Below are positions 60,292 through 64,000 of a stretch of DNA of 64,000 bases, piece after piece. The stretch spans positions 945-64,944 of the forward strand of contig CAYUVV010000004.1 in NCBI GenBank assembly GCA_964448295.1, given 5' to 3'. A program made the position numbers and the translations under genes. Positions within the stretch are counted from its first letter, which is position 1; the number at the start of each line of letters is the position of its first letter. The notes under the pieces are model-generated. The model saw only the letters and a list, made by a program, of their open reading frames with translations. It had not been told where the DNA came from and ran no database searches. Source of the stretch: an uncultured Candidatus Saccharibacteria bacterium. GTDB taxonomy: Bacteria; Patescibacteriota; Minisyncoccia; Phycocordibacterales; JACOZG01.

Positions 60292-61395
60292 ATGAAGTTG
60301 TTGTATGCCACCTCAATAATTTACCCCTCATTATATGCCAACCGGAAACAAGTTCTGTCAATGGCGCGAGAATGGACAAGGAAATTAGGGATCAATTTTA
60401 TTTTAGGCTGCTCTAATATTGATGTTAGTTTGGGGGACATCAATTATCTAAATTTTAGAGGTAGTAGGCGTAGCCCGATTTTGGCTTGGAGGTACGTTTT
60501 TTTTGCTCGAACGAATGGCATAACTCATGTGTATTCTCGAGAGGAGAAACTTTTGGGTTGTATGATGCTTATTGATAGGTTTTTACCAGGCCGAAAATTA
60601 TTGTTTGCTTACGAGGCGCACTCGATTCCGCTCCGCCACTCTTGTTTATATTTATTTATGATTCGGTTTGTTTCTCTGATAGTAGTGGTTACAGAAAGAA
60701 TGAGAGCTGAATTTATCAAAATGGGGATTAGCCCGCAAAAAATTCGAACGGAGCATGACGCGGTGGATTTGAATTTGTTTAGTTTTAAAACGTCGAAGCG
60801 AGAGGTGCGGGAAGAGCTAGCTCTGTGCCCGAATGATTGGGTCGTAGGCTATTTTGGTCGATTCCAGACAATGGGAATGGAAAAAGGAGTTCCGGAAACT
60901 TTGTTAGCGGTAAAAAGACTTACGTCTGCTGGCAAGCGCGTTTTTTTTATTGGTGTGGGTCTCAGAGACAGAGAGTTGCCACATTATCAAAAGATTGCGA
61001 AAGAATTGGGCGTATTTGACCACGTTAGATTGATTGGTTATTTGCCCCAAGAGGAAGTTCCCCGATATCAGTGTGCCTGCAACGCTTTGTTGCTTTTGTT
61101 TCCCAGAACTGCCCATTTTGAAAAATACATGTCTCCATTAAAGATGTTTGAATACATGGCCTCAGGAATTCCTATCATTGCAACAAGATTACCTTCTATA
61201 GAAGAGGTCCTGGATAACAAATCGGCATATTTTGTTGATTCTCTTGGCCCAGAATGTGTTGCCGAAGCAATAATTCGAGTTTGTCAAAATCCGGCCGAAT
61301 CTTTTTTAAAAGCGCGCAAAGCTAGGGAAAGGGTTACGTATTATACTTGGAGTAAGAGAGTTGAGCGAATTACCCATTACCTTAACAATCTATGA
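60292..61395 (+). CDS. Glycosyltransferase family 4
   Basis: A GT-B C-domain is present with an E-x7-E-like segment (LKMFEYMASGIPIIATRLPSIEEVL). Confidence 0.65.
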   Translation: MKLLYATSIIYPSLYANRKQVLSMAREWTRKLGINFILGCSNIDVSLGDINYLNFRGSRRSPILAWRYVFFARTNGITHVYSREEKLLGCMMLIDRFLPGRKLLFAYEAHSIPLRHSCLYLFMIRFVSLIVVVTERMRAEFIKMGISPQKIRTEHDAVDLNLFSFKTSKREVREELALCPNDWVVGYFGRFQTMGMEKGVPETLLAVKRLTSAGKRVFFIGVGLRDRELPHYQKIAKELGVFDHVRLIGYLPQEEVPRYQCACNALLLLFPRTAHFEKYMSPLKMFEYMASGIPIIATRLPSIEEVLDNKSAYFVDSLGPECVAEAIIRVCQNPAESFLKARKARERVTYYTWSKRVERITHYLNNL

Positions 61396-62678
61396 ATTTG
61401 CGCACTCTCTTTGCCCGTCCAGTGCTGGGTCTGTGTTCTTTAATTTCAGTCTTGTTGTTGGGTAGACATCGGAGGCGGGTTGATGATCCAAAAAAGGTAG
61501 TGATCTACCAGTTGGCGAAACTTGGCGACATGGTTTGCACCACGCCAGTATTTAGAGCGATCAAGAATAATTATCCGGAATCAAAAGTAATCGTTGTTGG
61601 TAATAGTCAAAATGAATTATTGCTTGCGGGCAACAAGGATGTTGATTTCTACATTAAATTTGTAGGTATTTGGTCCACAATACGAATCATCCGTAAATAT
61701 CGAGCTGATTTTGGAATTATCACGTCTCCTAATATTGTCGGGCTCTCGGTTTTAGTTCTTGGGGGTGTTCGCGCTATAGCCGGTTTTAGTATTGTAAGCG
61801 GTAGCGTTTACGAAGACATTTGGTACAAATCAATGAGGCCGTTTTTCCATGTTTTCCCATACCATTTTGGAGAATATGTGCCCGGGGCGTATTTGTCGTT
61901 GCTGAGGCCGCTGGGCATAAACTCAACCAATACCAAAAAATATCTAACTTATTCCGAGGAGGCCGATCAGCGTATAAACAAAATTTTCTTTGATATGGGC
62001 ATTTTGAACGGGATTCAGAAGGTGGCAATTCTTCCTGGTGTAGGAAATAAGATTAAGCGTTGGCCGGTAGAGCGGTTTGCTGAACTAGCCTTGAAAATTG
62101 TGAGGCATTGCAACGCGCAGGTTTTGATTTTTGGTGGCAAACGCGATGCTGATGAGGTGTTGGCTTTGCGTTCGTGCCTCCAGCACAGAAAAAATATTTT
62201 TTACATAGACACAGAAATGACCATTGATGAACTCAAGTGCCTTATTGCACATCTGGATTTGTTGATCTCTGTTGATTCAGGACCTATTTATATCGCTGAA
62301 TCTTTTGGGGTGGCTACTGTTGACATAGTTGGTCCCGTTGATGAAAGGGAGCAACCGCCAATTGGCCGGTATCATCGGGTAATTGTTCCGTCTCGTAAGC
62401 AAGCCGAAGTTCATATTATGGATACTAGAACATTCGATATAAATGAGGTTACTCGTCAAATTAACTCTATTTCCGTTCGGGCTGTTTATAAGGAGGTCGT
62501 TGCCCTACTGCGCATTTTGCCGCGATTTAAAGAGAACAAACAACAGAACAGAATCAAAAATTTGACTTACAATAATAGCTATCACACCCCCCATGATACC
62601 AATGCTGGGAATCATGCTTACCAAAAGAATAATTTTAACAACCGGCGAGATAATCAGAAAAATACTACTTTGTTTTAG
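61392..62678 (+). CDS. Glycosyltransferase family 9 (heptosyltransferase-like), with a low-complexity Asn/Gln-rich C-terminal tail
   Basis: The N-terminus VVIYQLAKLGDMVCTTPVFRAIKNNYPESKVIVVG is typical of GT9 ADP-heptose transferases. Confidence 0.65.
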   Translation: MNLRTLFARPVLGLCSLISVLLLGRHRRRVDDPKKVVIYQLAKLGDMVCTTPVFRAIKNNYPESKVIVVGNSQNELLLAGNKDVDFYIKFVGIWSTIRIIRKYRADFGIITSPNIVGLSVLVLGGVRAIAGFSIVSGSVYEDIWYKSMRPFFHVFPYHFGEYVPGAYLSLLRPLGINSTNTKKYLTYSEEADQRINKIFFDMGILNGIQKVAILPGVGNKIKRWPVERFAELALKIVRHCNAQVLIFGGKRDADEVLALRSCLQHRKNIFYIDTEMTIDELKCLIAHLDLLISVDSGPIYIAESFGVATVDIVGPVDEREQPPIGRYHRVIVPSRKQAEVHIMDTRTFDINEVTRQINSISVRAVYKEVVALLRILPRFKENKQQNRIKNLTYNNSYHTPHDTNAGNHAYQKNNFNNRRDNQKNTTLF

Positions 62679-63770
62679 TTGGGTGTGGGCATTCATTGCG
62701 GTCAATAATAATTGAGCCGGTTGCAGTATTATTATAATACTCAAGAGCTGGCTGAAGAGGACGGCGTCAGTATACTGTGAAAAAAACATATGAAAAATGT
62801 GAGGTGCTGTCAACACATATAAACCCGCTACGGATATTGAAGCCAGTGTGACCAAAAAAATTTTTTTTGGTAAGGAGTTTTGTATTTCTACAAAATCTGC
62901 TTGTGCAAATTTTGGAAAGGCAATACGATTTATTATTTTTAACAAACCACTAAGGCGTAGTGGTATGGTTTGGGCAAACACATAGTTAGCCACAAACGTT
63001 GGTCCGCTCAAATGCCACAACAAAATCTTATCCAAATTATTAACCGCTGCTGAAAATAGTTGGATTATGCTTATGTTTGTCCCAAAGTCTAGAGATTTTT
63101 GTTGTAATCGACTGTTTGTTACATACCGAGATGACACTATTTTCAATAACGTTATCCTGATTAATGCCCAGAAAAAAAAATAACTAACCGCCAATATTAC
63201 TAAGTTGTTTGTTGTGTAGACTAAAAAAATGGAAATACCCGCCGTTAAAAAATGCGCAAAAAAGCTGTACTTTGCTTGCTGTTTAAATCTTTTGCCACCT
63301 TGTAAAATCGCATCGTATATTGTTGAACTCTCGTAAAAGGGCAGAATAAGGGAGATGCATAAAAAAGCGATTCCCAGAGAAGCATTTCCTGCGTCTATAT
63401 AATAGAGTGCCGTGATGAACAAGGCGACCGATCCAAGTAACGTAGATAAAAATTTACGTTTTAGGGTTATCCAAACATTTCCTAAATTGTTTCTTGCGAC
63501 GGCTTGTGTGAGAGCGGTGTTTAGGCCAGAGAGAGAGAATATGCCGAAAGTTGCCGACATGGAAAGAATATATTGATAGCCTCCATAAACATCCTTTGGC
63601 AGGAAATTTGCAAACGCAACGGCGGTTGTAAAAGCAAGGATGGCCATAAGCGCGTCGTTTGCAAGTAAATATGAGCTATTTAGGGTTAGATACACCATAT
63701 CCGTTTTGGTGTATTTTTCCGACCAACGAAGGAGGCGATAAAGGCGGGCGCGCCAAGCGTTTATCATCAT
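62505..63770 (-). CDS. Polysaccharide/oligosaccharide flippase (Wzx-like, MOP superfamily)
   Basis: The product is 421 aa with about 12 TM helices. It has Wzx-like composition and is AT-rich. Confidence 0.65.
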   Translation of the reverse strand: MMINAWRARLYRLLRWSEKYTKTDMVYLTLNSSYLLANDALMAILAFTTAVAFANFLPKDVYGGYQYILSMSATFGIFSLSGLNTALTQAVARNNLGNVWITLKRKFLSTLLGSVALFITALYYIDAGNASLGIAFLCISLILPFYESSTIYDAILQGGKRFKQQAKYSFFAHFLTAGISIFLVYTTNNLVILAVSYFFFWALIRITLLKIVSSRYVTNSRLQQKSLDFGTNISIIQLFSAAVNNLDKILLWHLSGPTFVANYVFAQTIPLRLSGLLKIINRIAFPKFAQADFVEIQNSLPKKIFLVTLASISVAGLYVLTAPHIFHMFFSQYTDAVLFSQLLSIIIILQPAQLLLTAMNAHTQLKQSSIFLIISPVVKIILLVSMIPSIGIMGGVIAIIVSQIFDSVLLFVLFKSRQNAQ

Positions 63771-63805
63771 TGTAACAGTACTCTTTTCGTGCTATCGTCG
63801 CAACA

Positions 63806-64000
63806 ATGCCTGTGGCTTCGTCGAACTTTTTGGTTTGGATTGCTCGGTGTTTTGTCTTTCTTGTCGCCCTCGTTCCTCTCATCGTCGCTAACAGCCTGTT
63901 TTTTCCTTACATTACTGGTCGGGGATTTTTCTTTCGGATCGTGGTTTCGCTCGCGTTGGGTTTATGGTTCGTTTTGGCTGTTTGGGATAAAAATTATCGT
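63806..64000 (+). CDS. Partial (5' end only) polytopic membrane protein, possibly a membrane glycosyltransferase or ligase of the PMT/YfhO/O-antigen-ligase type
   Basis: The ATG is at 63806. The hydrophobic N-terminus is MPVASSNFLVWIARCFVFLVALVPLIVANSLFFPYITGRGFFFRIVV, and it runs off the window. Confidence 0.4.
   Translation, partial: MPVASSNFLVWIARCFVFLVALVPLIVANSLFFPYITGRGFFFRIVVSLALGLWFVLAVWDKNYR

Overview
This is a bacterial window of about 55% GC. Gene content and compact organisation suggest a small-genome Patescibacteria/CPR-like lineage; that placement is inference from the sequence only.

The window opens inside an rRNA operon (23S 3' end plus 5S). It then runs through:
- a SEDS (FtsW/RodA) gene, a type-IV-pilin-like gene, a GT4 glycosyltransferase and a UvrD-type helicase-nuclease;
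- a contiguous rpoB-rpoC-dnaG-rpoD block behind a perfect TTGACA-N16-TATAAT promoter;
- a DsbA-like gene, tsaC, a DUF167 gene, and tRNA-Asn followed by an AT-rich islet;
- htrA and hsp20 bracketed by a 54-bp direct repeat;
- a YibE/F membrane protein, a ZIP transporter, a PG-binding acidic-repeat protein, an FMN-reductase-like gene and ligA;
- a HlyD + ABC (MacAB-like) exporter, a P-type ATPase, valS, an NrnA-like DHH phosphoesterase and a beta-CASP MBL RNase;
- a LOG/TIGR00725-like gene, the infC-rpmI-rplT operon, a family-4 UDG, a dockerin-repeat secreted protein, smpB plus tmRNA, ftsH, a tRNA with anticodon UAU, and an orphan T4SS coupling-protein-like ATPase;
- an island of more than 11 kb of lower GC encoding glycan biosynthesis (8 glycosyltransferases, 2 methyltransferases, a deacetylase and a Wzx-like flippase).

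The most anomalous structure is at 42.2-43.6 kb. The last 209 bp of the LOG-like gene are duplicated perfectly 1,227 bp downstream. The copies enclose a single GC-rich gene with a foreign codon bias, its own consensus-like promoter and its own terminator. It encodes a 244-aa protein with no family I can recognise. No recombinase gene is present in the window.
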